DNA of 64,000 nt from Phaeosaccion multiseriatum (taxonomy: Eukaryota > Protista > Ochrophyta, other classes): contig OZ218956.1 in the NCBI GenBank assembly GCA_965112735.1, forward strand, positions 3,348,001 through 3,412,000. The letters run 5' to 3'. Below are positions 1 through 11,735 of the stretch, piece by piece. Under the pieces are notes generated by a model that worked only from the letters and a program-made list of their open reading frames with translations, was not told the DNA's origin and made no database searches. The stretch's first letter is position 1; each line of letters begins with the position of its first letter. Made by a program: the position numbers and the translations under genes.

Positions 1-69
1 CCACTCACTCGCGTGGCTTCTGATGTATCACCAACTGATGCACCACCTCACCAAACAACTTTGTAACAG

Positions 70-976
70 GAACTGGAGAGATGGAACGCGCTCGTGATTA
101 GGATGGCCTCCTCCCTGTCCGACCTTCAAAAGGCCCTTGTGGGAGAGATTGGAATGAGTGACGACCTCGACAATCTCGGGGACTCGTTGTACAACGGCTT
201 CCTACCCTCCGTTTGGCGACGACTGTGTCCCAACACGCAAAAGCCGCTCGGCTCCTGGATGCTGCACTTCACCCGCCGTTACGCGCAGTATCAATCGTGG
301 ATTGCCCTTGGAGAACCCCCCTGTGTATGGTTGTCGGGCCTGCACATCCCGGAGTCTTACCTCACCGCCCTCGTCCAGACCACATGCCGCGTGCGCAACT
401 GGCCGCTGGACAAGTCGACCCTGTACACTGTCGTCACCAAGTACCGCACGGAGGCGGAACTGCCCGACGGAGGCAAGCTGGCGGCGGGCTGTTTTGTAAC
501 GGGCTTGTTCTTGGAAGGTGCGGGGTGGAATCACGCCAAGTCGTGTCTCAAGGCCCAGGAGCCGAAGGTGCTTGTCACGGAGCTGCCCATCCTGCAGGTA
601 AGACAGACGCATACACAGAGAGGGGTGTATATATAGAGTGTGTGTGTGTGTGTGTGCGTGTGGCGCCCCCCAATGTCTCTACTCCAAGCCTAACCCTTCC
701 CCCTCCTCCCTCCCTCCTCCCCTCCCCCATCCCCCTCCCTCCCTCCCTCCTCCCCTCCCCTCCCCATACGACTCTACCCATATGCCTCAGGTGATCCCTG
801 TGGAGGCTTCCAAACTGAAACTCAACAACACCTTCCGCACTCCTGTGTACGTGACCCAAGATCGCCGTACCGCCATGGGTGTGGGGCTCGTGTTTGAAGC
901 GGATCTGTTTACACAAGAGCATCCCTCCCATTGGACGTTGCAGGGGGTTGCCCTCGCCCTCAATGAGAGCTCTTAA
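70..976 (+). CDS. DNAH10: Axonemal dynein heavy chain, last two exons (70-597, 791-976); DNAH10 / inner-arm I1-alpha-like; gene begins upstream of the window
   Basis: Spliced at GT-AG sites it gives VWLSGLHIPESYLTALVQTTCR...GLFLEGAGW...ELPILQ|VIPVE...FRTPVYVTQDRRTAMGVGLVFEADLFTQEHPSHWTLQGVAL*. This is the dynein heavy chain C-terminal domain with a DNAH10-type terminus. Confidence 0.9.
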
Positions 977-1204
977 TTGTTAACTACCCGTATGTAATCA
1001 GTTAATTGAGTGCTCTTAACAGTCAATAAAGATGAGTCATACTCAGTCAGTGAGAGGGAGAGCGAGAGCGAGAGCTCAACGACTAATTCAATTGATAGAT
1101 GGATTGAATCGCTTATAGAACGAATGGGCTCACTTTGCCTGCCCCGCCTGGTCTTGCCTTGGCCCCTGCCCTTGCTTGCTTGCCCGCCCTTGCGCTTTAG
1201 GGAC

Positions 1205-2712
1205 TCCTCACTCACCCACTCACTCACTCACTCACTCACTCACTCACTCACTCAATCACTCACTCACTCACTCACTCAACCACTCAATCACTCACTCACT
1301 CACTCACTCACTACTTACCCCCTCACTCACTCACTCACTGACTCACTTACCCACTCACACACTCGCTAACTCATGCACTCACTCACTCACTCACTCACTC
1401 ACTCACCACTCACTAACTCACTCACTCACTCACTTACTCACTCACTCAATCACTCACTCACTCAGTCACTTACCCCCTCACTCACTCACTCACTCACTCA
1501 CATACCCACTCACACACTCGCTAACTCATGCACTCACTCACTCACTCACTCACTCACTCACTCACTCACTTACCCACTCATTCACTCACTTACTCACTCA
1601 CTCACTCACTCACTCACTCACTTACCCACTCACACACTCGCTAACTCATGCACTCACTCACTCAGTCACTCACTCACTCACTCACTCACTCACTCACTCA
1701 CTTACCCACTCACTTACCCACTCACACACTCGCTAACTCATCCACTCACTCACTCAATCACACTCACTCACTTACTCACTCATGCACTCACTCACTCACT
1801 CACTCAATCCTCACTCACTCACTCACCCACTCGCTCAATCACTCAATCACTCACTCACTCACTCAATCCTCACTCACTCAATCACTCAATCACCCACTCA
1901 CTCACTCACTCACTCACTCCCTCGCTCCATCCCTCACTCACTCGCTCACTCAATCACTCACTCACTCACTCACTCACTCAATCAATCACTCACTCACTCA
2001 CTCACTCATCCACTCACTCACTCACTCACTCACTCGCTCACTTACCCCCCACTCACTCGCTCACTCACTCACTCACTTACCCACTCACACACTCGCTAAC
2101 TCATGCACTCACTCACTCACTCACTCACTCACTAACTCACTCACTCACTTACTCACTCACTCACTCACTCACTCACTCACTCATCCACTCACTCACTCAC
2201 TCACTCACTCACTCACTCAATCCTCACTCACTGACTCACTGACTCACTGACTCATTCAATCACTCACTCACTCACTCACTCACTCACTCACTCACTCACT
2301 CACTCACTCACTCACTCACTCACTCACTCACTCACTCACTCACTCACTCACTCACTCACTCACTCACTCACTCACTCACTCACTCACTCACTCACTCACT
2401 CGCTCACTCACTCACTCACTCAATCACTCACTCACTCACTCACTCACTCACTCACTCACTCACTCCCTCACTCACTCACTCGCTCACTTACTCACTCACT
2501 CACTCACTCACTCACTCACTCACTCACTCACTCAATCACTCACTCACTCACTCACTCACTCACTCACTCACTCACTCACTCACTCACTCAACCACTCACT
2601 CAATCACTCAAATCACTCACTCACTCACTCACTCACTCACTCACTCACTCAATCACTCACTCACTCACCCACTCACTCACTCAATCACTCAATCACTCGC
2701 TCGATCACTCAC
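1205..2712. repeat. ~1.5 kb (ACTC)n microsatellite with an embedded higher-order ~35-bp unit
   Basis: Direct reading. The unit CTTACCCACTCACACACTCGCTAACTCATGCACTC recurs at ~1346, 1501, 1621, 1713 and 2076. Confidence 0.95.
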
Positions 2713-3325
2713 TCTCTCACTGCTGGGCTGCTCTGCCGCATAAGCGTACGTACGATAACGCCAACGAATGAACATGCTGTAACTACTATTACAATATGTA
2801 ATCTTACAAAACAAGGTGTATTCCCCATGAAAGAAAGGAAGGAAGGAAGTGTGAGAGTGAGAATGCACCGGACTGAGGAAAGCAAAGGCAACTAAGTCAA
2901 ATCACGTGACGGCCCCTGAGGGAGGGTCTCCGGGTTTGCGTGTTGAGGCCACCAAGGGCTATGAACAGCCACAAAGGCTAAAACTGGAAACTACTGCGTC
3001 CTCCTTGCCAAGTACGTGAGTCTTACGTAGGGGAAGTGGCGAGAGTTTGAGTTGGAATGGGAAGGAGCGCCTCTCTCTCCTGTACTTTGCCAGCGGGGTT
3101 GGGGAAGGGACAATGCCCCCTCCCTCCCTCCCTCCCTCCTGCCCTCCCTGTCTCCCCCCCCCCATAAGCATCTACCTGACGCTCGTCCCTCCCTCCCCTC
3201 AGCCTTGCTCGTCAGCTCAGCTGTCTGCCCATACGCCTCTAACAACCAATCCCTTCCCTCCTCAGCCTCTTTCATGCTTACTATTCTTAATCGTAGCTCA
3301 CAGGTGCTTGCCCATTCGCGTCTGC

Positions 3326-3895
3326 TCAGGCTAAGTCTTCCTCTGCCTTCTTCTCGTCCTCTAGCTCCAGCAGCAGGGCCTCCACCTCCTCCTCCGTGAG
3401 CTGATCGAATCTGTTCTCGATCACTGCATCTTCATAGTCGCGCAGCTAATCATGTCATTCGGAGAGGGGAGGGGATGGCAGTGGAGGGGAGGGGAGGGGA
3501 GGGGAGGGGAGGGGAGGGAGGGGGAGAGGAGGGGGAGAGGAGGGGGAGGAGGCTTAAGAGGTATATGGATGGGGGAGAGGGGCAAGGAGAGAGAGAGGAG
3601 GAGGAGGAGGAGGAGGAGGAGGAGGAGGAGGAGGAGACTAAAGCGCGTACATACTTTACTTTAAGCGTTGCGTAAGACAGATACGTAAGGTTACGTACTT
3701 GCTGTGCGTAGGTCATGTTCTTGGTGGCGACTCTGTACATGTACGTGCCTGTCCAAGTCACGAGCCCCAGCAGAATGTAACCGAAGGACACATAGTTGCC
3801 TGGGGTATAGGGGAGGAGGGGGAACACGTCAGGTGGATATGGACGGGTAATAGTAGGAGGAGGAGGAGTAGTAGTAGTAGTAGTAATGGTAGTAG

Positions 3896-3945
<50 letters not shown>

Positions 3946-5155
3946 AGAAGTAGTAGAAGTGCTAGTAGTAGTAGCAGTAGCAGTAGTAGTAGTAGTATTA
4001 GTAGTAGTAGTAGTAGCAGTAGTAGTGACTAATAGTATAGTGACTAGTAGTTGTAGTGGTAATAGTAGTAGCAGGAGTAGCAGAAGCAGCAGTAGCAGGA
4101 GTAGCAGAAGCAGCAGCAGTAGTAGTAGTAGTAGTAGTAGTGGTAGTAATCTTACTCACACCTACCTGCTTTCAAGCCATCCATTCCCGTGGCGGTGAGG
4201 ACGACGTAACCGGCGAGGGGCAGCAGGATGGAGAGGATAGGCACCACCACCGCGCCTCCTCTGGGTGAGGGAGGGAGGAAAGGAGAGGGAAGGAGGGAAG
4301 GGGGGGTTGAGTGAGGGAATGAGTTCGTGAGTACGTGAGAGAGTTACGTGTGGAAGTGAGTGAATGGGTGAGTGAGTGAGTAAGTGGGTGAATACGCCTA
4401 CGCGCAAAACGCATGTACGCACGCAAACACGCGCGTGGGGCATGTCAGAAGGAGGTATGCATGGTGGGGGGGCGGGGCAAGAGGCGAGCATAACGCCCCC
4501 ACCCCCACATGAGGAGCAAAGATGCCGCCTCTCCTCTCACCTGGTGGAGGGGTTGAGAAGGGCGGGGAAGCTGCTAAACATATCTTCCTCTTTCGCAGCA
4601 GCAGCGGCAGCAGCACTGGCAGCAGCAGCACTGCTCCCACTATCTCCCTCGGGTCCGTCTCCCTGCTGCTCGTGTAGTGCCATTGTGCCTTGTCTCACCG
4701 CTCTGACTCCTCCTCCTGCTGCTCCAGTTGCTGCTGGTGCTGCTGATCTTGCCCCTACTGACCAAGCAGCACCTCCATTGGAAGCACAAGTGTGCCTAGA
4801 CGACAGACAGCTGCGTATGGGGGCGAGGGGAGAGCAGCAGCTTGTTAAGAAACGTGGAGGGATTAAACCAATTCCCCCCCCCCTCCCCGGGTCCGTCCCT
4901 TCCCATCCTGCCTCGCACGCCCCCCGCCCCTGCACCCACAGAGGGCCTGGGCTCTGAAGGAAGGGCTCTCTCTTCCCTGGGAGCCCCGCTAATGCCTCGT
5001 ACATGATCTGGTGCCCCCTTGGTCCCAGGAGGGCGGACCACCTACCTCAGAGATTGAAGCCGCCCCAGCGCTGCTGAAGTTGGGGCGATGGGGACGAAAG
5101 CCGCGACAGAGCAGAAGATCAGCGCAAGGCACACAGCCCGGAGAGTGGTCGTCAT
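3326..5155 (-). CDS. DUF3007-family plastid membrane protein, 5 exons (5155-5046, 4795-4541, 4260-4166, 3799-3699, 3445-3326)
   Basis: All splice phases agree. The N-terminus MTTTLRAVCLALIFCSVAA-FVP is a signal peptide plus AF bipartite plastid signal. The core is WTGTYMYRVATKNMTYAQQLRDYEDAVIENRFDQLTEEE, as in cyanobacterial/plant DUF3007. Confidence 0.85.
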
Positions 5156-5297
5156 ATTTTCCTCTTTTCCCTACTTGTAAGTAGAGATGACTGTGTATAT
5201 TCTGTGAATCCTCGTCCGAGAACCAACACGGCAAGATGCTCCCCCCTGTGTGGTGTGGTGAAGAGCCAGCCCCAAAAGCGGCTGTAAGCGCTTCGCC
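5156..5297. promoter_or_regulatory. Probable bidirectional promoter between the DUF3007 and PAK1IP1 start codons
   Basis: The divergent ATGs at 5155 (-) and 5298 (+) are only 142 bp apart. Confidence 0.6.
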
Positions 5298-7193
5298 ATG
5301 AAGATTGTAGTGGGTTCTTACGAAGGCTTTTGTTACGGCTTCGACAAGAGAGGTGCGAGGGAGGTGGCAGCCGCAAAAGCAGCGTCTGCAGCGGCAGCGA
5401 GGCGCGCTCTCCGGCAGCAGCAGGGCAATGGTGAGGAGGGCGAGACTGACGAGGCTGGTGAAGAGGACGACTCTGCTGAGGAGGACGAGGATGGCCTGAT
5501 CGACGACGAGGAAGTCTTGCAGCAGACCTTTGGCTACAACGTGCACGTGGGCTGCGTCAAGGCCATAGCCGTGGTGGAGGAGGGGCCCAAGCGCGGCCAG
5601 CTGCTCGTCACGGGGGGCACGGACGAGAAGATCCGCATCTACGATATGGTGAAGAAGATCGAGGTGGGGGAACTGCTGCAGCACGAGGGCACCATAACCG
5701 ACCTCTGCTTCTACAAGAGCAGTCACATGTTCAGCGCCAGCGAAGACAATACCATTTGCATCTGGCGCGTGCACGACTGGGCCCTGCTGCACGTGCTCGG
5801 CGGACACAAGGCCGCCGTCACATGCATGAGTATCCACCCGTCCGGTCGCATGGCTCTGAGCGTGTCCCGCGACCGCTGCCTCCGCCTCTGGAACCTGCTC
5901 GAGGGGCGCGCCGCCTACATAAAGCGCCTCGACGGAGAGGGAGAGGTCGTGCGATGGGCCCCGAGCGGAGAGCAATACGCCGTCGTGGTGTTCGATCGGG
6001 TGTTTGTGTACGACGCGGCGAGTGGGGGCAAGCTGGCAGAGTGGAAGCACCCGCTGCGTGTGAATAGCGTGTGCTACCTGGGCTCCGACCGACACCTCGC
6101 CTCGTGCTGTGACGACAAGGTGTTGCGCTTCTTTCTCTGCCCTCTCTCGCCTTCTTCTTCGGCCGACAGCAGCGGGGGCGGGGGTGAAGACGAAGGGGTA
6201 AAAGGAGCAAAGGCTGAAGAAGGGGCCGAGGGAGAAGCAGCGGCAGGAGGAGGAGGAGGAGGAGGAAGGGGGGAGGAGTTGCTGAGTATCGACACGACAC
6301 AGGCTTGTGGTGGAGGGAGGGTGAGGGATATGTGTTTCGTTCAGGGCCAGGAGACAGTAGAGAAAGCACTGGACGGGGTGGCAAAGAGCAAAGGGAAGGG
6401 CAAAGGGAAGGAGCGGAAGCGGCCGAAGGGGGCAAAGGGGGAGAGCACCCCTGGGGACTCGCATCTCGTCACGGTGACGTCATCGGGTGGAGTACAGGTG
6501 TGGCAGATACCCACCTACACCTCTGGGGGAGGGTGTGAGGGCGGGGGGGTGGTGGTCAGCGACACTGTGGACGGCGAGCCGCGGTTCACTGTAGTTGCTG
6601 CCTTGCCGAGGCGCGATGAGGACCTCAACCCAGAGGAGCTGCTTCATCAACGAGTGAATGGTGAAGAGGCGTATGGACCGGCAGCTGGGCCGGCGGGGGG
6701 CAAGAAGAGGAAGAAGAGGAAGAGGAAGACAATAGAGGCGGATGCTGTATCACCAACTGCTGGGGCAGAGGGGGAGGGCGCTGGCGGCGTGACAGGTACC
6801 AAGAAGAACAAGAAGAACAAGAAGAACAAGAAGGGCAAGAAGGAGAAGGACGACACGACAGGAGGAGGAGGAGGAGGAGGAGGAGGAGGACGAGGAGGAG
6901 GGTCAGCGGCAATGACAAAGAAGGAGGTTAAGCACTACCCAGGGCCGCAGCAGAGCCAAAAGAGAAGGAAGAGGGATGACGAGACGGGAGGCCAAAGAGA
7001 TTTCAAATCTGCAGCGGCGGGGAGAGGAGGACGAGGGGGAGGAAGGGGGAGAGGAGGAGCAAGAGAAGGAGGGAGAGGGGGGGGAGAAAGAGGAGGAAGA
7101 GGGGGAGGAAGCGGACGAGGAGGGAGAGGGGGAGGAAGAGGTGGAGGAGGAAGAGGAGGAGGAAGAGGAGGGGGAAGAGGCCGAGGCCGGTGA
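5298..7193 (+). CDS. PAK1IP1: PAK1IP1/MAK11-like WD40 60S ribosome biogenesis factor with Lys-rich and RGG-rich C-terminal tail; single exon
   Basis: MKIVVGSYE start; LVTGGTDEKIRIYDM; GELLQHEGTIT; SIHPSGRMALSVSRDRCLRLWNLLEGR. Confidence 0.9.
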   Translation: MKIVVGSYEGFCYGFDKRGAREVAAAKAASAAAARRALRQQQGNGEEGETDEAGEEDDSAEEDEDGLIDDEEVLQQTFGYNVHVGCVKAIAVVEEGPKRGQLLVTGGTDEKIRIYDMVKKIEVGELLQHEGTITDLCFYKSSHMFSASEDNTICIWRVHDWALLHVLGGHKAAVTCMSIHPSGRMALSVSRDRCLRLWNLLEGRAAYIKRLDGEGEVVRWAPSGEQYAVVVFDRVFVYDAASGGKLAEWKHPLRVNSVCYLGSDRHLASCCDDKVLRFFLCPLSPSSSADSSGGGGEDEGVKGAKAEEGAEGEAAAGGGGGGGRGEELLSIDTTQACGGGRVRDMCFVQGQETVEKALDGVAKSKGKGKGKERKRPKGAKGESTPGDSHLVTVTSSGGVQVWQIPTYTSGGGCEGGGVVVSDTVDGEPRFTVVAALPRRDEDLNPEELLHQRVNGEEAYGPAAGPAGGKKRKKRKRKTIEADAVSPTAGAEGEGAGGVTGTKKNKKNKKNKKGKKEKDDTTGGGGGGGGGGRGGGSAAMTKKEVKHYPGPQQSQKRRKRDDETGGQRDFKSAAAGRGGRGGGRGRGGAREGGRGGGERGGRGGGSGRGGRGGGRGGGGRGGGRGGGRGRGR

Positions 7194-8630
7194 GGAGGGG
7201 GTTGCTTACAGGCATGGCAGACAGAGGATGGAGCAGCGGTGGGCAGTGGTGGGCTGGCATGTGCATGCTGTAGATTGGGCTGGCCTGACAAGCCGGAAGG
7301 GTCCGCAGGCGGGGAGTAGCGAGGGAGGACAAGGAGGGCTTCCAATCCCTCCTTTGTTTTGTTTCATGATCTTACATTAGTATTTTGTATTTTCATTTAA
7401 TTACAACCCCCCCCCCCTCCCCCGTCTAACATCAAAGAGCCTTTTGCTCCTTCCTTTCCGCTGGAGAGAGCGGTAGCACCCACAGACAACTCTTCGTAAC
7501 TGTCGTAACTGTCGTAACTGTCGTAACTGTGGGATGGGAAGTGGGGCTCCTACGCCGAGCGAGCATGATGGGCGTGCCTATCAGCCAGCCTGGCCCGAGG
7601 GCAGACTGAAAAGTCCCCATGCTCTCCTGTACTTCTCAATATAGACAAAGTCAAAAGGCCACGTTACGTCCGAAGAGAACTTCCCTTCATCGACCTCCCT
7701 CCTCCCATGGCGCGGCATCGACGATTCGACAGAGGTCGCTCAACCCTTACACTGAAACTGAAGGTCACAGATGGCGATGACCACAGGCTTCCAGGGGAGT
7801 GGCAGGCGGGCGAGATTGCCTCTTGTCTTGCTCGTACTCTGCATCCTCACGCGATCCTCACGCCCCCAATCCACTGCCATCCACTGCCATCCACTGCCAT
7901 CCACCGCCATCCCCCCCGCCCCCCCCCCCACACACACGCCGTACCGCCGTCGGAGCCTCAGGCCTTCCTCTCCGCAGGGATATCCCACAGGCAGAGAGAA
8001 GGCAGCAGAAGGCAGCGGCAGAGCGTGCCTCCTGCGCGTGGAAAGGGAAGAGGGTGGGCTGACATGTCTCTTTGCCTGAGCCTGCCCGCCCCCAGCGCTG
8101 CATCTCGCACGGCGAAAGTATCTGTCTCACGATCTGTCTCACGCCATGTGATTATGCGCACCTTTTTGCTCGCTTCTCACTCCCATCTTGGGCACCTTCT
8201 TGCTCGCTGCTTCACTCGCCCGCCGGCTGCCTGTCAGCTCTACGGCCCCGGGGTCAGAGCTCTGATTGAAATGCGACTGACAGTGTGATGCAGGACCACC
8301 CCACCCCACCCCATCCGCCGCCACCCCCCGAGCTGATGCCATTGTAGGCCTCTCAAGTGTCGTCCGTCGGCTCCCCGTCAGCCATCTCCTCCTCCTCTCC
8401 TCCTCTCCTCCTCCTCCTCTCCTCCTCCTCCTCCTCCTCCTCCTCCTTCCTCCTCTCCTCCTCCTCCTCCTCCTCCTCCTCCTCCTCCTCCTCCTCCTCC
8501 TCCTCCTCCTCTCCTCCTCCTCTCCTCCTCCTCTCCTCCTCTCCTCCCCCTCTTCCTCCTCCCCACCAACTAAACTGCCTCGTCAGTGGTCCATCTCAGT
8601 CGAGAAAGCCGTCCCATCTCTAGTCAAGGA

Positions 8631-10153
8631 CTAGTCCTGGTTGGCTCGGCTCTGTAAAGCCCGGAGTCTGGCCTCACGAATGTCCGAGGTCTTGGAGTTA
8701 CCGCCGACACTTCCCAGAGTGGCGCCAGACCCCCCAAAGGACGTCTGCGAGTGGCCTTGAGTCGCTGCTGTTTGCACGCGTCTGTTCGCGGGTGTGATCA
8801 TCTGATAGGCAGCGGGGCCGCTGCTGCTTCCGTCGTTGACTGGCGCTTGACCGAGCATCTCGGGAGGGATACAGCAGGAGAACCACGAGCCTGGGAGGGA
8901 GAGAGAACATGAGAGAGGGAGAGAAATGAGGGCAGGAGCAGGGGCGGGGAGGGCGGGGAGGGGAGGGGGGCGGGGGGGGTGGTAGTACGTGAGTGCGTGC
9001 TCCCTCACTTCCTCAAGTCACTCCCTAACTGCCTGACCTTATTCAACTCACCCCCTTTCTTACTCCCTCCCTCGTTCCCCACGTACTCCCCCACTCCCTC
9101 CCGCTCGTCCCCTCCCCTAACTAACTCGTCCACCGACTTCATCCACTCACTGACTCACTCCCTCCCTCACTCACCCATCCAAGCCAGCCTATTGACGTAT
9201 GCGGGGATGCCTTTCCCCAGCAGCTCCGTGCAGAACGCATCGCTGAAGGTGTTGCAGTTTTTGAGGAGGATATTGTACTTGTCTCCCCCGAAATCGCTAC
9301 GGAGATTGCTGACGGCCGAGCTGACCGCTCCGCTGCCGCCTTCAGAGTAGCCGAGTAGCACGGACTCGCGGAACTTGGCATTCGGTGCTGAGGGGAGAAT
9401 TCGAGGGGGACAAGAGTCGTGGAGGGAGGGAGCGAGGGATGTGGAGAGAGAAAAGAGGGGGAAGAGAGGTGAGGACAAAAAAAGACGGTAGAGAGGAGGG
9501 GGGGGGGTGAGTGGGAAGAGAAACACGAGACAGCGATAAGAGAGAGTAGAGATAGAGAGAGAAATGGCAGAGATAAAAAGGGAAAGAGAGAGGGAGAGAG
9601 GACAGAGTGGGGAATGGGCCAGCCTATCGCAGGCATCCATCCCAGCGACGAGCGCCTCTCAGCGTCCGAAAGTGCGGAAGCACCCCATCCATCATCACCC
9701 CCTACAATTGCTGTCGAAGCCTAGGTTCGCTGGACTGAACTCACCCTGCTTCGGCTCGTGGTCGAATATCCCAGCCCCCCCCGCGAACGTGTACTCCTTC
9801 CCTCCGACCTGCACGCCGGAGTGATACACCCCGAGCCCTACGGGATGCGCGTAGTCGTTCAACGGGGCAAGGTCGTACACGTTCAGATACACCTATTCAT
9901 GCACGCAGAGAGGGGGTGCAGGTGTTTACGAGTGAGTGGGTTAGTCGGCTGCGGGAAGTGAACGTCAGCAACTTCCTCCCCTCTGGCCCCAACGAACAGA
10001 CGCTTTTTTCTCTCTTTTTTTCCTTTACCTCTTTTTCAGTCTTGGGATTGTATCTCCCCGATCCGACCTTTCGTCCCTCTTTCCTGTGCCCCCCCCCTCC
10101 TTTTCGCTTACCTCCTCCTTGAAAGTGGTACGCGCTCCGAAACGCTGGGCCAT
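8631..10153 (-). CDS. DESI2: PPPDE/DeSI peptidase (deubiquitinase/desumoylase), 4 exons (10153-10112, 9892-9745, 9387-9175, 8890-8631)
   Basis: VYLNVYDL...GVYHSGVQVGGKEYTF carries the catalytic His and YNILLKNCNTFS the catalytic Cys, followed by IPAYVNRLAWMG. Splice phases are consistent. Confidence 0.88.
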
Positions 10154-10365
10154 CGTCACCGCTGGCCTTCTTATAGAAGGGGAAAGGGGCGAATAAAGGG
10201 GCAGCGGACAGAAACTTTTAACAATCCAAGCAGTGCCATCAAAATTGGCGTTACGTTGTACGGATTGTACGATTTCCTGATTTCCTTCTTCAGAAAAGAA
10301 CCACACAAGGCTTGCTTGTGCCGGCCTTTGGGGCTTCACAGCAAAACAACCAGCCGTGTGCTGCA

Positions 10366-10534
10366 ATGGGGGGAGGGGTGAGCACCGACTCGAGGGCCAT
10401 TATCGCTGCTGAGATGGCCAAGCCCATGGATGCCAGCGATGTGGACACGCCGCGAGGAGAGACTGCGCAGGACGAGGTGGAGCGGCTCAGGGGCCTCATT
10501 CAGGCGCACATCGCGAATGCAGGCATCATCCTGG
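10366..10534 (+). CDS. First exon of an unknown, possibly N-myristoylated protein; downstream exons not resolved
   Basis: MGGGVS... start, then KPMDASDVDTPRGETAQDEVERLRGLI, followed by a GTGAGT donor at 10535. It is divergent from DESI2 with a 212-bp gap. Confidence 0.45.
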
Positions 10535-11735
10535 GTGAGTGCGCACACCCGCCCCGAGAGAAAAATGCACAGCTTCTCAGCTGCAGGAGTGTGTCGGCCA
10601 CCCACGGACGTCGACCGTCATCACCGGATGACCCGAGGCGATCTTTACCGTCAGAAATGAGCGAATACAAGAGCAGCGCAGGGGAAGCGAAAGGCTGACA
10701 CGTTACCGCTGTGAAGTACTGAGGAAGGGCGAAAGGCTGACCCAGCGCTACCGCTCCGAAGCACTGAGGAGGGCGGCGAAGCCATGAAGGACCAAAGCAT
10801 CAAAGCCCCGTTGTAATGCTCCACTGCTCTTCAGGGCCGCCTCCTTTGGGGTTTCGCGTCGCCCTCACTAGCTGACTCGGCGTTGGTCGATTGTCGATCC
10901 GCCATCTGTCGTATAACGGGACCTACTCTGCTGCTGATTAGTGAGACATCATGGCTACCTGATATCGAGGCTCCATACCATTGTGTTGGTTTTGGGGTCG
11001 GGCCAGCTCCAGTCCGAGACATGTACTACGAGAGAGATGATGCCTACTGCTGTCAGCTACCGCTGTTCAACGAGCGCTTGCCTGGACTTGGGGAAGACGA
11101 AGGACGAAGAGCGCCAAGCGTATGCGGAGTATGAAGACGCAGGCCTCCTCGTTCGCGTCCTGCCCTTCTGGTGTCTTCCTCCCTCCCTCCCTCCCTCGTA
11201 CTGACGCGTTATGCTATCGAGATGCAAGAGATTGAGATAAGAGAGAGACAGAGACTGCTGCGAAAGGTGCCGAACGCCTTGTCGAATGCTTTGCCACGAC
11301 GAAGAGGCGGAGGGTGATATGCAAGTGCACGACGGCGACAACCGGAGGACGAGGACTTGGGGTGTTGCGAGGCGGAGCAACAGATGCCCAATAAGAGCTG
11401 GTGATGCGCGTATGGCGGTGCAGCAGATGGTAAAGCACCAGCGCTTCAGAGAGACCCTTCCCCCCTCTCTTCGTCGTTTGTCGACGATGCCGATGAAGGG
11501 GAGCAAGGAGCAGCAGGAGCAGTAGGAGCAGCAGCAGCAGCAGCAGAGACCGCTCCGCATCGCTATTCTTGTTAGACGTCGAGTCCCATCCTTCACCGCG
11601 CAGGGCAGCAGCAGCAGCGCATGACGTGTAATCTACTTACAGTGTAGTTTACCTACCTACTTACATTGGTGCTTCTCGAGCGTTCAAGAATCACTACAGG
11701 AAGGTCACCGGCCCACCTCCTTCGTTCTAACTTTG

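Noticed and set aside
1010-2250. Long HSLT-repeat ORFs
   Set aside because: They are translations of (ACTC)n with no coding hallmarks.
4989-6464. 491-aa minus-strand ORF
   Set aside because: It is an antisense shadow of the GC-rich PAK1IP1 CDS.
7700-8350. Short ORFs between PAK1IP1 and DESI2
   Set aside because: They have no recognisable motif or consistent splice pattern.
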